64,000 bases of DNA, taken from NCBI RefSeq assembly GCF_006345805.1, contig NC_043024.1, forward strand, positions 5,642,001 through 5,706,000. Direction: 5' to 3'. The stretch's first letter is position 1. Each line of letters begins with the position of its first letter. The DNA is from Octopus sinensis (taxonomy: Eukaryota). The notes beneath the pieces are model-generated. The model was not told the origin of the DNA. It made no database searches and saw nothing but the letters and a program-made list of their open reading frames with translations. The position numbers and the translations under genes are program-made. Positions 27,044 to 40,059 of the stretch are shown here, one piece after another.

Positions 27044-28306
27044 CGAGGGACGTTCAATAAGTAATGCCTCTGACCCACTTGCATGTGCAATCATTTATAT
27101 CTCTATAGAGTAAGTGGCAAATTATAGCTCTGAATTAATTGTGGTTTCTGATTTACAGGTGTTTGAACCGAGTCAAGTGTGAAATGGAGCCTGTTGAGTG
27201 TCGAGCAGTGATCCGGTTTTTGTATTGGAAAGGACGCACACCACGGGAGACTTTTGATGAAATGAAAGTAACTTATGGTGATGATGCCCCATCATATGAC
27301 CTTGTAAAACGCTGGCATCGTGAATTCAAACATGGTCGGAACTCTGTGGAAACAGCTCCCAGATCTGGTCGCCCCCTTCTGCCATTGATGAGGCATCTGT
27401 CCGTCAAGTTGAGGCTGCCATTTTGGAAGATCGACACATAATTATTCGCCAAATAGCCCATGAGGTCAAGATTAGTACCGGGTCTGTGGAAACTATCATT
27501 CATGACTATTTGCATATGCAAAAGGTGTCTGCCAGATGGCTTCCCAGGTTGCTCACGCCTTTCCAGAAGCAAGAACGCGTTGAGTGCTCAAGGGTGAATT
27601 TGGAGATGTGCCAAGAAGATGAGTCAAAATTTTTCAAAAGACTGATTACACAGGATGAAACCTGGGTCCATCACGATGATCCAGAGACCAAAGCCCAGTC
27701 AATGCAGTGGAAGCACCGTGACTCACCCCCTCCAAAGAAGGCAAGGGTGCAGCCCTCCACTGGCAAGGTCATGCTCACAGTCTTCTGGGACCAGGACGGA
27801 GTAGTGATGACAGATTTCCTGGCAAAGGGTACCACAATTGCAGGAGCCTATTATGCTTCACTTTTGAGGAAATTAAGAGATGTTATCAAAATCAAGAGGC
27901 GGGGCAAGATCAGCAAAGGCATCCTCCTCCTGCAGGACAACGCTCCAGTCCACAACTCGCTTGTCGCCAGATCAGAATCACAGGCGTATGGCTATGAACT
28001 CCTCCTCATCCCCCTACTTTCTTGACCTTGCACCCTCTGATTTTCACCTCTTCCCAATCATGAAGTTGTTTTTGAAAGGAAAGCGTTTCCCAGATGATGC
28101 AGCCTTGATTTCTGAAGTCACGTTGAGGTTGGAGGACCAAGCTGGGTTCTTCTACAAAAACGGTCTCCGGAGCCGCATCAAACAATGGGAGAAATGCGTA
28201 ACTCTGAGTGGTTCCTATGTAGAAAAAGACTAATAACTGCGCCAAGTTTCGTTGCTCTACTGCTATGGGAAGTGGGTCAGGGGCATTACTTATTGAATGC
28301 CCCTCG
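27044..28306 (+). mobile_element. Full-length mariner (DD34D) with frameshifted transposase
   Basis: TA TSDs at 27042-27043 and 28307-28308; ~37-bp TIRs CGAGGGACGTTCAATAAGTAATGCC. Transposase from ATG ~27184 to 28233 with WLPRLL, ITQDETWVH, LLLQDNAPVH and DLAPSDFHLF motifs; two frameshifts. Confidence 0.92.
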
Positions 28307-29079
28307 TAATTGTGAACAAAGATGCATGTTTTCCCCCATGGAAACTTATCTCACATGTATAAGAAAATGCATTTCTTGACAAAGCAAAAACCTTTTCCTT
28401 TTATGTTAGCATTCACAAATGTGTCATAAAGTGTCTTCTATTCTGTTATTCAATTTTATTTTATTTTATATATTTATTTATTGAACTGCTCAAATCAAAT
28501 ATTTTTGTAGATTTAATAATTGGAATTTTGTAAAATAAAATTTTTTCCCAACCATTATTTCTGAATTTGTTAGCAGATAACCAAAGAAAAGAAAAAAAGA
28601 TTTGGCTGTTATTTCTAGTTATTTCAAAAGACTGCCTGCTTCTTTTTCGCATGTCTAACTAAAAATGAGTGGAGCCCTTCCTATGACAAACACTAAGCAG
28701 ATATTTAGCAATCTTCAATGTCACAAAAAAATTGTTTTCATTTGGGGTTAAATTGCTCTTTTTTGCCCCCCCCCCCCCTCTTGAACCTCAAATTTCCATA
28801 TCTGTGTCAATTTTAATGCCAAGCTTGTATACCAGTTTTAAACATTAAAATTTTACTAATTTGATCGATTTTCTCTCACTAGAATGTGGGTATTGTAGAA
28901 ACTGAATTTCTCTTCCTGGTTGAGATTCGAAATCATATCTAAATATTCTGTCTCTCGTGTCAGACCCACAACCTTGCTGTGTCAGGAAAAGTTCAGATGG
29001 ACAGCAAGTGACCTAAATGTGTATAGGCTATTCTTATAATAGTGTATCCATCTTTCTAGCTGGAATGGACCATTATAAA

Positions 29080-29400
29080 TGCCAGTGCTTTGGCAACGAG
29101 TCATGGCCAATGCGGGTGGAAGATATTAAGCGACTAGAATCCTTCGATCACCTCTGTGTACGATGGCATCACTTTGTCTCCAACAATTCGGTGCGACACC
29201 AGTGCAGAATCACCTCCCTCCGACAAGTCATCCTAATGAGGCATCTGCGTTGGCTGGGTCATGCCCTCCGTCGTCAACCAGGAGAATTCATCTATGAAGC
29301 AATTTCCCCAACTCCCCTTCAGGGTTGGCGAAAGCGATGTGGTGGACAACGAAAAACCTGGCTGATGACAGTCAAGGCTGATCTGGAACCTAACCTAGGC
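29080..29400 (+). pseudogene. RTE-like LINE RT C-terminal remnant
   Basis: RHLRWLGHALRR...GWRKRCGGQRKTWLMTVKADL matches the RLRWLGH...RGRPRKTW tail of RTE-type LINEs. Confidence 0.6.
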
Positions 29401-30148
29401 AGTAATGTCAATTCGTATGGAACAGCCATATTGATGTGGTGATAAACATTACTTCTTGGTATCGTTACTACTTTCGCCTCTTAAAGAAATTCTCTAATGA
29501 GCTATTTTGTTTGTTACACATATCTTCACTATCCTCTACATCTTATTCTGTTTCTCTATTATTTCAGAACATCAGATGGCATCGGCAGAAAAGAATTCTT
29601 ACCTCCTGTTACCTCATCACAACAAGGTTAATGGAAGATGTCATACAGAACAGATATAACCCTCTTTATATAAATCTGTGGTGAATTACTGTGAAATATT
29701 TCTTCTGAAATGGGATTAAAAGGGAAATTCCTCAGCTTCCTTGTCTGAGCACCTACACACACATATACACACACGGCAGTAACTTCCGCCTACCGAATCC
29801 ACTCACAAAGCTTCGGTCGACTCGGGGCTATAGTGGAAGACACCTGCCCAAAGTGCCACGCAGTGGGACTGAACCCGAAACCATGTAGCTAGGAAGCAAG
29901 CTCCCTAACCACACAGCCATGCCCAGTTTGGGTAAGTTTACGTAGGAGTTCACAGCATCTTTATAAAGCAACAAAGATCTCAGTTGATGGAAATATTGCA
30001 GAGAAATATCAATGTGACTAAAAATATGTACATATGAAGAAAACAGTAAATACACCCCTCAATGTCCATGTTTTCTGGTGATAAAGGAGGAACCATAGAA
30101 AAATAAATTTAGTGAGAAACTGAAAGGATTATTATAATTTCTTGAGAG

Positions 30149-30670
30149 ATGCCGAAAGTAACAGAAAAGCCATATGGCTGTGATATCTGTAACAAGAGCT
30201 TCTCTCAAAAATATGATCTCAAAACTCACAGACGCATTCACACGGGAGAGAAGCCATATCACTGTGATGTCTGTGGTAAATCTTTCCCAAAGAGTGATGC
30301 CTTGACAATACATGTTCGCGTTCATACAGGGGAGAAACCTCATCACTGTGACATCTGTGGTAAATCGTTTTCTGTAAGTAGTGGCTTAACTAGACACAAA
30401 CGTACTCACACAGGGGACAAACCATATCACTGTGATATCTGTGATAGAAAATTCTCACAAACTGATTTCTTAACAAGACACAAGCGTACCCATACGGGAG
30501 AGAAACCATATCACTGTGATATCTGTAGCAAAGCGTTTGCAGAATATGGCACTTTAAAAAAGCACAAACGTACTCACACAGGAGAGAAACCATATCACTG
30601 TGATATCTGTGGTAAATTATTTTCTCAGGCCGGATGCTTATCTAGGCACAAATGCCTTCATGCACGATAA
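30149..30670 (+). CDS. C2H2 zinc-finger protein (cassette 3): 6 fingers
   Basis: Open 173-aa ORF with canonical fingers and linkers; acceptor-like TTTCAG| at 29567. Confidence 0.85.
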   Translation: MPKVTEKPYGCDICNKSFSQKYDLKTHRRIHTGEKPYHCDVCGKSFPKSDALTIHVRVHTGEKPHHCDICGKSFSVSSGLTRHKRTHTGDKPYHCDICDRKFSQTDFLTRHKRTHTGEKPYHCDICSKAFAEYGTLKKHKRTHTGEKPYHCDICGKLFSQAGCLSRHKCLHAR

Positions 30671-31380
30671 AAACCATATCACTGCGAGGTTCCTGGCGAA
30701 TTGTTCTCTTTTGGAGCTTTTCTGAAATTAACACAAAACGCATTCATTCAGGTAAGCATCATCATCAGAGCAACATTTGTGATATACCTCTTGTGGTGGT
30801 GATTTAGCTAAACACAAGCATTTTCATAGAGACAGAGAAGAAATAATAATAATAATAATAATAATTTATTTCTTTGTTGCCCACAAGGGGACAAACAAAG
30901 GGATTAAGTCGATTACATCGACCCCAGTGCGTAACTGGTACTTAATTTATCGACCCTGAAAGGACGAAAGGCAAAGTTGACCTCGGCGGAATTTGAACCC
31001 AGAACGTAACGGCAGACGAAATACCCACAAAGCACTTCACCCGGCGTGCTAACGTTTCTACCAATAATACCAAGATCCATCCATCTTTTGTTCTACTCCT
31101 GGGTAGTGTCATTAAACTTTCTGACTGAATTTCCAAACATGACCAACTCAGACTATGAATATTGTTATGCATTGTTTCATTCTTGATGGGATGATAGACA
31201 ACTCAATGAAGGCATTGTTATTGTTTTACGTGTTTATTTTGCTTAACCTGTTTTTACGAACTGTCAACATACAGCGGAGTGATACATGTTGTGCGTATCA
31301 CCTTAGACGTAGCTCATACTGTTTGCTAACAAAATAGTGCCAATAGTGGGGATGTATTCTACACATGTATACCTACGTAT

Positions 31381-33786
31381 CAGGGGCGTGCACTCTCAGG
31401 TATGCGTTGCATGCCCTGTGATTTTTTTATCCATATTCTCTTTCTCTTTTACTTGTTTCAGTCAGTCATTTGACTGCGGCCATGCTGGAGCACCGCCTTT
31501 TGTCGAGCAAATCGACCCCGGGACTTATTCTTTTGTAAGCCCAGTACTTATTCTATTGGTCTCTTTTGCCGAACCGCTAAGTGACAGGGACGTAAACACA
31601 CCAGCATCGGTTGTCAAGCAATGCTAGGGGGACAAACACACACACGCATATATATACATACATATATACGACAGGCTTCTTTCAGTTTCCGTCTACCAAT
31701 TCCACTCACAAGGCATTGGTCGGCCCGGGGCTATAGCAGAAGACACTTGCCCAAGATGCCACGCAGTGGGACTGAACCCAGAACCATGTGGTTGGTAGGC
31801 AAGCTACTTACCACACAGCCACTCCTGCACCTATGATCAGAAAATTAGATAAAATAGTTACTTTGTTTCAAAGAAAATCCGTCCAGGTGTATTTTGTCTC
31901 CCCTTCCCTCTCAGTGACTCTACTTCTGCTTTTAGAAGTCATGCATTGACAATACCAGCATGTCAGACACTCCCTCTCTGTCTCAGTTTGTCCTTCCTTC
32001 CTCTCTCTCTCTCTCTCTCTCTTAGTGACATGTTTAAAAGACATGCTAAGGGGATAGGGCATTTGAAATATTTTTACCCCCTTCCTCTTTCTCTTAGTGG
32101 CTTGTCATGCTGTGGGAAGACCCGCATGACCTCCCTCTCTGTCTCTTAGTTTGTCCCTCCTTCCTCTCTCTCTCTTAGTGAATTGATAAAACAAATGCTA
32201 GGAGGAAAGGTCTTTCATAATATTTTGTACCCCCTTCCTCTCTCTCTCAGTGGCATGAGCTGACCGCATGATACCCACTTTCTGTATCTTTCTGTTTTGT
32301 TGAAATTGACTTACAATTTACTCCGGCGCTTCCATATATAAGAACAGCCTTTTACGAAATGAGTGAAATGTGTGTTATAAACGATATTTTGAGAAATAGT
32401 TTTTCGAAAGGAGAATTCAATGGAAAATAATTAATTATAATAGTGGGAGACCAATACCGAAAAGGGCTAATGCATTAGATAACATTGTTAAGAAAAAAGA
32501 TTTCGGAAGGCAACAGCAATGAAATTACTCCTCATGGCTTAATTATTACCACAAAGGAAAATTATAATTTCATAATCAGCCTTTTTGAGCACATCATAGA
32601 AAATCCTGAAGCATGGGATGATACCACCATAAATTCAGCAATTGGATTCTTACACACTTTAAAAGCTCCTGATTTCTTATTTTTGTTAGAAGTATTCAGT
32701 GAGATTTTTTCTTTTTTCTTATTTAACATCCTCCAGAGTAAAAGTCATGACGTAGTGTATTGTAAAGATCAAATAGATAAAACTAGAACTGTACTCGAAA
32801 ACAAACTTGATAATTTTTCAATCTCTTTTACTTGTTTCAGTCATTTGACTGCGGCCATGCTGGAGCACCGCCTTTAATCGAGCAACTCAACCCCGGGACT
32901 TATTCTTTTGTAAGCCCAGTACTTATTCTATCGGTCTCTTTTGCCGAACCGCTAAGTAACGGGGACATAAACACACCAGCATCAGTTGTCAAGCAATGCT
33001 AGGGGGACAAACACACACACACACGCATATATATACATACATATATACCACGGGCTTCTTTCAGTTTCCGTCTACCAAATCCACTCACAAGGCTTTGGTC
33101 GGCCCGAGATTATAGTAGAAGACACTTGCCCAAGGTGCCATGCAGTGGGACTGAACCCGGGGGGGAAAATATGGAGTCGATGCAGGAATCGGAATTCAGA
33201 GATCCAAGAATATATCTATTGAGCCCCAACGACATTATAAAATGCTTTATAACAAAATTATCAGTACAATAGTTGACCAAATAAAAGCACAATATTCATC
33301 CTTAGAAGAGTTTAAATTCATGGAACTTTCAAATTTCAACAAATTTGAGTATTGCAAACAATTTAAAAATCATGGGTACTATTTAAGAAGAGTGGTCCCG
33401 GTGCGCGCACCCGAGCATCCACGCCAGCTAGTCGTGACTAGTCGATCCTTACTTTGTGTTTTATTTACTTTGTTTAAAACATTATTTACTTTGTGTTTTT
33501 GTGTTTTATATATTTTGTTTAAAAAATTTATTTACTTTGCTAGATAGTCGTAGGATCGACTAGTCACGACTAGCGAGCGCGCGCAACGGGACCACTCTAC
33601 TTAAATAGTACCAGGGCGACGTTTTTTTTTTTTTTTATTCTAGGTCATATGGGGGTGATTGCATATTCAGAATCTCCCATATGTAAATCGTAGGAATTCG
33701 AAAATTTTTTTACTGAAAAATTGCCGGGGGGGGGGGGGGAAGAAACTCATTGCATGCCCAGCCCCGGAAGTCACCGCACGCCACTG
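31381..33786 (+). mobile_element. Internally deleted hAT DNA transposon inserted in the Gypsy 3' LTR
   Basis: TIR CAGGGGCGTGC / GCACGCCACTG and exact 8-bp TSD CTACGTAT (31373-31380, 33787-33794). Transposase scraps FLFLLEVFSEIF..LFNILQSK and YNKIISTIVDQIKAQYSSL resemble ZMYM1-like hAT proteins. Contains two SINEs and a MITE. Confidence 0.8.
33375..33612. mobile_element. 238-bp deletion derivative of the 9-bp-TSD MITE family
   Basis: GGTACTATTTAAG...CTTAAATAGTACC termini and the shared GCTAGTCGTGACTAGTCGATCC TIR core; no TSD visible. Confidence 0.7.
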
Positions 33787-35714
33787 CTACGTATACACAT
33801 AGATGTGAATGTGTAACATCCCTTCTTCTTGAAAAAAAATAAGGGGGTCTTTTGGCAGTGAAGAAAAAATATAAGTAGGCTCCCTTACTCTAATGGGTTG
33901 TCAGTGCAAAGGTGGCAATCCTGCAGCAGAAACCGTGAGATTATTCTGCCCACTCACGTGGTTTTCTGCTTTGTAATCTACCAGAATTTGTTATTTATCT
34001 TTTCTTTTTTTTTTTTTCTCTTTAACGGTATCGAACCAGTGGTAGAATGTTCAATCTCCATCTGGTGGATCTTGTCAAGAATCTCTTTTTGCATTGTTTT
34101 GGGTATAATTATTCAGGATCCAGCCATCAGGATTCCATTCTCCACTGATATATCATCAGGGCTGCACCTGATGTCTCTTCTCTGGCCACCCCTGAATCAC
34201 CATCTGAGTAAGGAGCTGAAGTTCTTCATCTTTGATTTCTGCTAGCTTTTGTAGTCGTTACATTTACAATGTGGTGGACCTTTATGCTTTGTCCTTCCCT
34301 CTCCTGTTTATCATGTGAGGATAGTCTGGAAAGAGCATCCGCCAATATCAGGTCTTTTCCTGGCTTGTACCTGATATCATAGTCGTATGTTTGAAGCCTT
34401 AACAGTAATCTTTGCAGTCTGGCTGGTGCTTTCATCAGGTTTTTCTATGTATTTGTTCTAGCGGGCGATGGTCTGTTTCAATATTGAAATGTCTGCCATA
34501 CAGGTATGTATGGAACTTTTCACATCCATATACTACTGCCAGGAGTTCCCTTTCAATATTTGCGTACCTTGTCTCTGTGGGCGAGAGAGCTTTCGAGGCA
34601 TATGCTGGTTCTTCTGTTCTTGTGACATAAAAAGAACACTTGATTGTTTTTCCTTTGTGTGTCCCTGTGATTGTCGTTTTGCCCAGTTGTGGAATCCTGG
34701 TACCTCCGTACGCAGTGAGGATTACATCACTTGGTGTGAGGATTCCTTCTTTGATTTTATCCTCTCGTGTCATGTGTTCTGGGAACATCTTTTTGTAGAG
34801 GTTGACAGGCAAGATATCACTCTGGGCTCCAGTGTCAATCTTCAGCCTTAAGTCAATGTTTATTCGTTTCTTGCCAGACTTCTTTTGTATTCTTATTGTT
34901 GTGTATGCCTCATTTTTTCTCTGGTCGCCATTTCCCATCTCATGCACATTTATTGTGCCGACTGCCAAGAATTCCTCCTCTGAGGAAATTCATTGCATGC
35001 CCAGCCCCGGAAGTCACCGCACGCCACTGCTACGTATACACATAGATGTGAATGTGTAACATCCCTTCTTCTTGAAAAAAAATAAGGGGGTCTTTTGGCA
35101 GTGAAGAAAAAATATAAGTAGGCTCCCTTACTCTAATGGGTTGTCAGTGCAAAGGTGGCAATCCTGCAGCAGAAACCGTGAGATTATTCTGCCCACTCAC
35201 GTGGTTTTCTGCTTTGTAATCTAACAGAATTTGTTATTTATCTTTTCTTTTTCTTTTTTTCTCTTTAACAGTATTGAACCCGGTGTATAGTTCCTGTTGT
35301 TGGGCATGTATATCTCTTTGTTTTCTATTTCCGCTCCTCTTTGAAAATTGGGGCTTGTATCTCTGGGATTTTTTTCGTCTACACATTTTCCCCCAGTGGT
35401 TGGGTTTTCCACCTGCTTTGCAGTGTGTACTGAATGCAGGACATTTCTTCCGGTTGTCGAACTCATGCTCTGTACCACAGTACTGGCATGTTCTTTGTTT
35501 GCGGGTATGTTTCGTCCTGTGCCTAGATACAATATCTACACTGCTGCCTAGTGAGCTTGTTTGTAAAGTAAGTGAGGCCATTTGTTTGGTAGTAGCTTCG
35601 AATGCTCTTGCACTATCTACTGCTTCTGTTAACTCGAGAGCGTCCTTACCTATATGGAATTTCTGGACTTCTTTATGAGCACACCCCCATAGTAGTTGAT
35701 CAACAATCCTTTCA

Positions 35715-36853
35715 TCCTTGTCTTTACCTTCTTGTATCAGTGCTGCGCCAACTCCTCTCATAGAAGCATCGACTTGGAGTGTTACTGGTTTGCGTCTGTC
35801 ATAGTATTGCAGAGTTGTCTCCTTACTGATGAGCTTTTTGATTGCTTCGAAATCCTGTGTGTGTGAAACACACCAATCAAACTCTATGTCATCTTTGTTT
35901 AGTTCTCGGAGATGTGCAGTGTGATCGGCCAGCTTGGGTATGAAGGCTCCCATGTTGTGAATGAGTCCTAGGAAGCTCCTGAGTTCCTTCTTGTCTTTAG
36001 GTTCTTTGATGTCTCTGATGGCTTCCACTTTAGTGGGGTCTGGTTTCACTCCCACTGCAGAGTATATAATTCCAAAGAATTTGCACTCCTTTGCTTTGAT
36101 CACACACTTGTCCACATTGAGTTTGATGCCTGCTTGTCGGGTTTTCTCCATAGCTTCATGTAAATTGAAGTCATGTGTGGTCTCATCCTTGCCATGCACT
36201 TGGATGTCATCTGCTATTCCAATTGCTCCCTTGCAGCCTTGGTAAGTCTCATCCATTTGGTGCTGGAAAACATCTTGGCTCACCTTCAATCGAAATGGGA
36301 GTCGGTTGAATCGATATCTGCCAAATGGTGTGTTGAAGGTAGTGAGCATGGATGACTCTTTGTCTATCTTTACATTCCAGTACCCATAACTGGCATCCAG
36401 TTTGCGGAATAATTTGGACCCAGCCAATGACGGTGTGATTTCTTCAAGGGTTGGAATTGGATGGTACTCTCTTTTTAATGCCTTGTTCAGATCCCTTGGG
36501 TCAAGGCATATCCGTAGGGTACCATTGGGTTTTTCTTTGATTACAATTGAATTCACCCTGTCTGTTGGTCGTGTCACTTTGGTGATTTTTTTTTTTTCCA
36601 TTCTGTCCAACTCTGTCTTCAGCTTCTCTTTTAGTTCTAGAGGGACGCGGCGAGGTGGGTGAACAATTGGTTTGATATTGGGGTCGACTGTTATATGGTA
36701 TCGACATTTCACAAAGCACCCGACTGTATCGTCAAAGCATTCAGGGTACATGCTTATCAGTTCCTCTTTGTTTGTGATTGGTGGTCGGTCTTTGATAGGC
36801 ATATCTCTGTCAATCCTGCTCGGAGTTGCCTTCACTTCACCATTGATTGACAC
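35715..36853 (-). pseudogene. Gypsy reverse transcriptase and start of RNase H
   Basis: LRICLDPRDLNKAL, KLDASYGYW, YRFNRLPF, GIADDIQVHG (YxDD equivalent), LRSFLGL, LQVDASMRGVGAAL. The remainder of RNase H (AYASKAL...ELLAVV) lies at ~34440-34615. Confidence 0.85.
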
Positions 36854-38162
36854 AATATTTAGCTTTTTGCAGGTATTGAGTCCAAGAATTGATTGTTTTT
36901 CCTTTGTGTGTCCCTGTGATTGTCGTTTTGCCCAGTTGTGGAATCCTGGTACCTCCGTACGCAGTGAGGATTACATCACTTGGTGTGAGGATTCCTTCTT
37001 TGACTTTATCCTCTTGTGTCATGTGTTCTGGGAACATCTTTTTGTGGAGGTTGACAGGCAAGATATCACTCTGGGCTCCAGTGTCGATCTTCAGCCTTAA
37101 GTCAATGTTTATTCGTTTCTTGCCAGACTTCTTTTGTATTCTTATTGTTGTGTATGCCTCATTTTTTCTCTGGTCGCCATTTCCCATCTCATGCACATTT
37201 ATTGTGCCGACTGCCAAGAATTCCTTCTCTGAGGTGTTTTGTTCTTGTTGTTGGGCATGTATATCTCTTCTTCTATTTCCGCTCCTCTTTGAAAATTGGG
37301 GCTTGTATCTCTGGTATCTTTTTTGTCTACACATTTTCCCCCAGTGGTTGGGTTTTCCACCTGCTTTGCAGTGTGTACTGAACGCAGGACATTTCTTCCG
37401 GTTGTCGAACTCATGCTCTGTACCACAGTACTGGCATGTTCTTTGTTTGCGGGTATGTTTCGTCCTGTGCCTAGATACAATATCTACACTGCTGCCTAGT
37501 GAGCTTGTTTGTAAGCTAAGTGAGGCCATTTGTTTGGTAGTAACTTCGAATGTTCTTGCAGTGTCTACTGCTTCTATCAACTGGAGAGCGTCCTTACCTA
37601 TGAGGGATTTCTGAACTTCTTTATGAGCACACCCCCATAGTAATTGATCAACAATTCTTTCTTCCTTGTCTTTGAATTTGCATTTCTCTGCAACATTCTT
37701 TAGTCTCGACAGGAAATTATCAATCATTTCTTGTGGGTCTTGTTTCAGGCCCTGGAATTTGTATCTGTGAATTCTATGGTTCGATCTGGGCTCTAGGTGC
37801 CTTTCAAATTTCTCTAAAAGTGTGTCTGGGTTATTGCAATCCGATTCTGACATGTCCCAGCTATTGAATAGGTCTAGGCCCTTCTCTCTCATCCATAAAA
37901 GGATGTAGCTTACCTTTTCATCGGTAGTTGTACCTTTCAGGAAACTTTTGAAAGCTAGTTGAGTTTTCTGGTTAAATTTCTTAAACACTTCCGCGATATC
38001 ATCGGAATCCCAGTTCATGATTGGATGTAAATTCATCTGTACAGTGACGGGGGTCGCCATTTTGGATTCTCGTGTATGTGTGTCCGAAGACGAAGCAATA
38101 TTCAGTTTGTTAAATTTTTGGTTCATTGTGTTCATGTTTTGTTGTAAAGGCACAGTTTCCAA
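36837..38162 (-). pseudogene. Gypsy gag-protease ORF
   Basis: CQYCG...CPAFSTHCKAGGKPNHWGKMC knuckle region and LKIDTGAQ aspartic-protease motif; a small deletion breaks the junction to RT. Confidence 0.85.
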
Positions 38163-40059
38163 TTAGTTATTTACCACTGCCACCATATTATGCATCTTGA
38201 TGGGATGATAGACAACTCAATGAAGGCATTGTTATTGTTTTACATGTTTATTTTGCTTAACTTGTTTTTACGAACTGTCAACATACAGCGGAGTGATACG
38301 CATTGTGCATATCCCTTTAGACGTAGCTCATACTGCTTGCTAACAAAATAGTGCCAATAGTAGGGATGTATTCTACACACATATACCTACGTATACACAT
38401 AGATGTGGATGTGTAACTGATATTATCTTGTAGGTCTCCTGCCATTTGGCTCAGGTTGAAAAGTCTTTCTTGTGACATTCTAATCTTCATTGCACCAGAG
38501 CTGTGATCCCTCAATATGGTAAAGGAGCATCTCCACTTGGACAGACCCCTTGATGTCCAAAATCTTGCACCCTGCCAAATACCGTTACTCCAGAGTTCCT
38601 TCGGAGTCATCCCATTTCAACTGCTTGTATTCACAGTTGTGCACTTTTAGTCATTAACCAACATTCCTGACATCTGTGTGAATAGACATGAAAAACCTAA
38701 TTCAAGGTGTGTGTATGTGTCCATATCATCCTTTCACACTTTTCCGTGCTTGTGTGAAGTACATTTTCTACGGGTGGATGCCCTTCTCATCACCAACCCC
38801 CAGTTTCCAAGTAAGGAAATATTTTCCCATAACCAGACGTGTTTCTCACACAAGATTGGAGACAAACCACCTTGATTGTATGATGATGGTTCTCATTTAA
38901 AAACAGCACATTTATATGGAGACAAATGTATACACAAACACATAGATATATTTATACACACATTTTCATGTATATATAAATATATATTCATATATTATGT
39001 CGATAAGGCTAAAATCGAATCTGTGTCCTCTTGAAGCACATCTGTTCATTTCAGTATTCCAAATTTGTGTGTAGATCCTTATTTTTACATGAGGTATGCA
39101 TAAGAGTTGAAAATATTGGAAAATATCTTCAGCAGAGTAATTGTTATCAAAACAGAAGATTGGAACTTTTTTTTTTTTGGTATTAGTTTCAAAGTAAGCA
39201 CCTCCACTGCAATTTTTCTTTTAATTTCTTTTTCAGATTTCTTTTATAAACACAATTATGATTACTTTAAAGAAATGTCAATAAAGTAATATAACAGATA
39301 TTTATAAGATTCACAATTACATGAAAAGTTAAGTTTTAAATAAAGTTATATCCAGTTAAAGTTATATTGAGTTAAAGGATTTTCTCTCAAATTTTTTGTC
39401 TTTAAAATATCCTCACTTGGCAGGTTTCCTATATCCTTCATGACTAATGTCTAAATGATACTGGCCATGCATGTTACAACTTATTTTATCCACATGCAGA
39501 CCTTGATTGATCCTGACCCCAAGGGCCTAAACTGCACCCTCTGTCATTCAAATGAACCATCTCTCCTACATAGACATACCTCTCCAGATGTGGGTTGAAA
39601 CTCACAGACATTTCTCTGAATCAGTACATCTTACTGTTACTCCACCAGAATGATGCCAGTCACTTTCGTATCTGATGTACCATAATGCCATAACAGTGAC
39701 AACGTTCCTCAGTGCAAGCACTGCTCTCTTGTATCCTAGGTCAAGTCAGCTGTCTTTCAGCAGCTCCAAACTCTATAGCAAAGCCCCAATGCCAAAACAG
39801 TTAAAAAAGGGGTGCCTTCCTTGCTAGAGTGAGTGTGTGATTTCAAAAAATTGTGATGAATAGTCATTCAGTTGGACTACCAAACAGACACAGCTGTACT
39901 TTGTAAGAATCCATTGGGATTGTAATTGGTTATGGTTAGAACTTGCAGCAGATGTGATGGTCAACTGTGTTGTAACTTCAGACTGATTTTAATTGATCAG
40001 AGCCCTTCTACATTTTAATAGTTATAATTTTTAATTATTGAAAACGAATTATGATAATA

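Larger units (their letters stand above)
31163..38418 (-). mobile_element. Ty3/Gypsy LTR retrotransposon, rearranged and inactive
   Basis: 5' LTR ~38186-38418; PBS TGGTGGCAGTGGT (tRNA-Leu-like) at ~38173-38185; PPT AAGAAGAAGGGA abuts the 3' LTR, which spans 33818-31163 and is split by a hAT. Imperfect 5-bp TSD AATAT/GATAT. The flanks rejoin sequence homologous to cassette 2. Confidence 0.85.

Noticed and set aside
27184-28233. Domesticated SETMAR-like gene
   Set aside because: No SET domain; TIRs and TA TSD are intact and the transposase has two frameshifts.
35234-36853. 539-aa ORF as an intact pol or a novel RT-gag fusion gene
   Set aside because: It is RT/partial RNase H joined in frame to a duplicated gag tail by rearrangement, has no proper start and ends in 3' UTR sequence.
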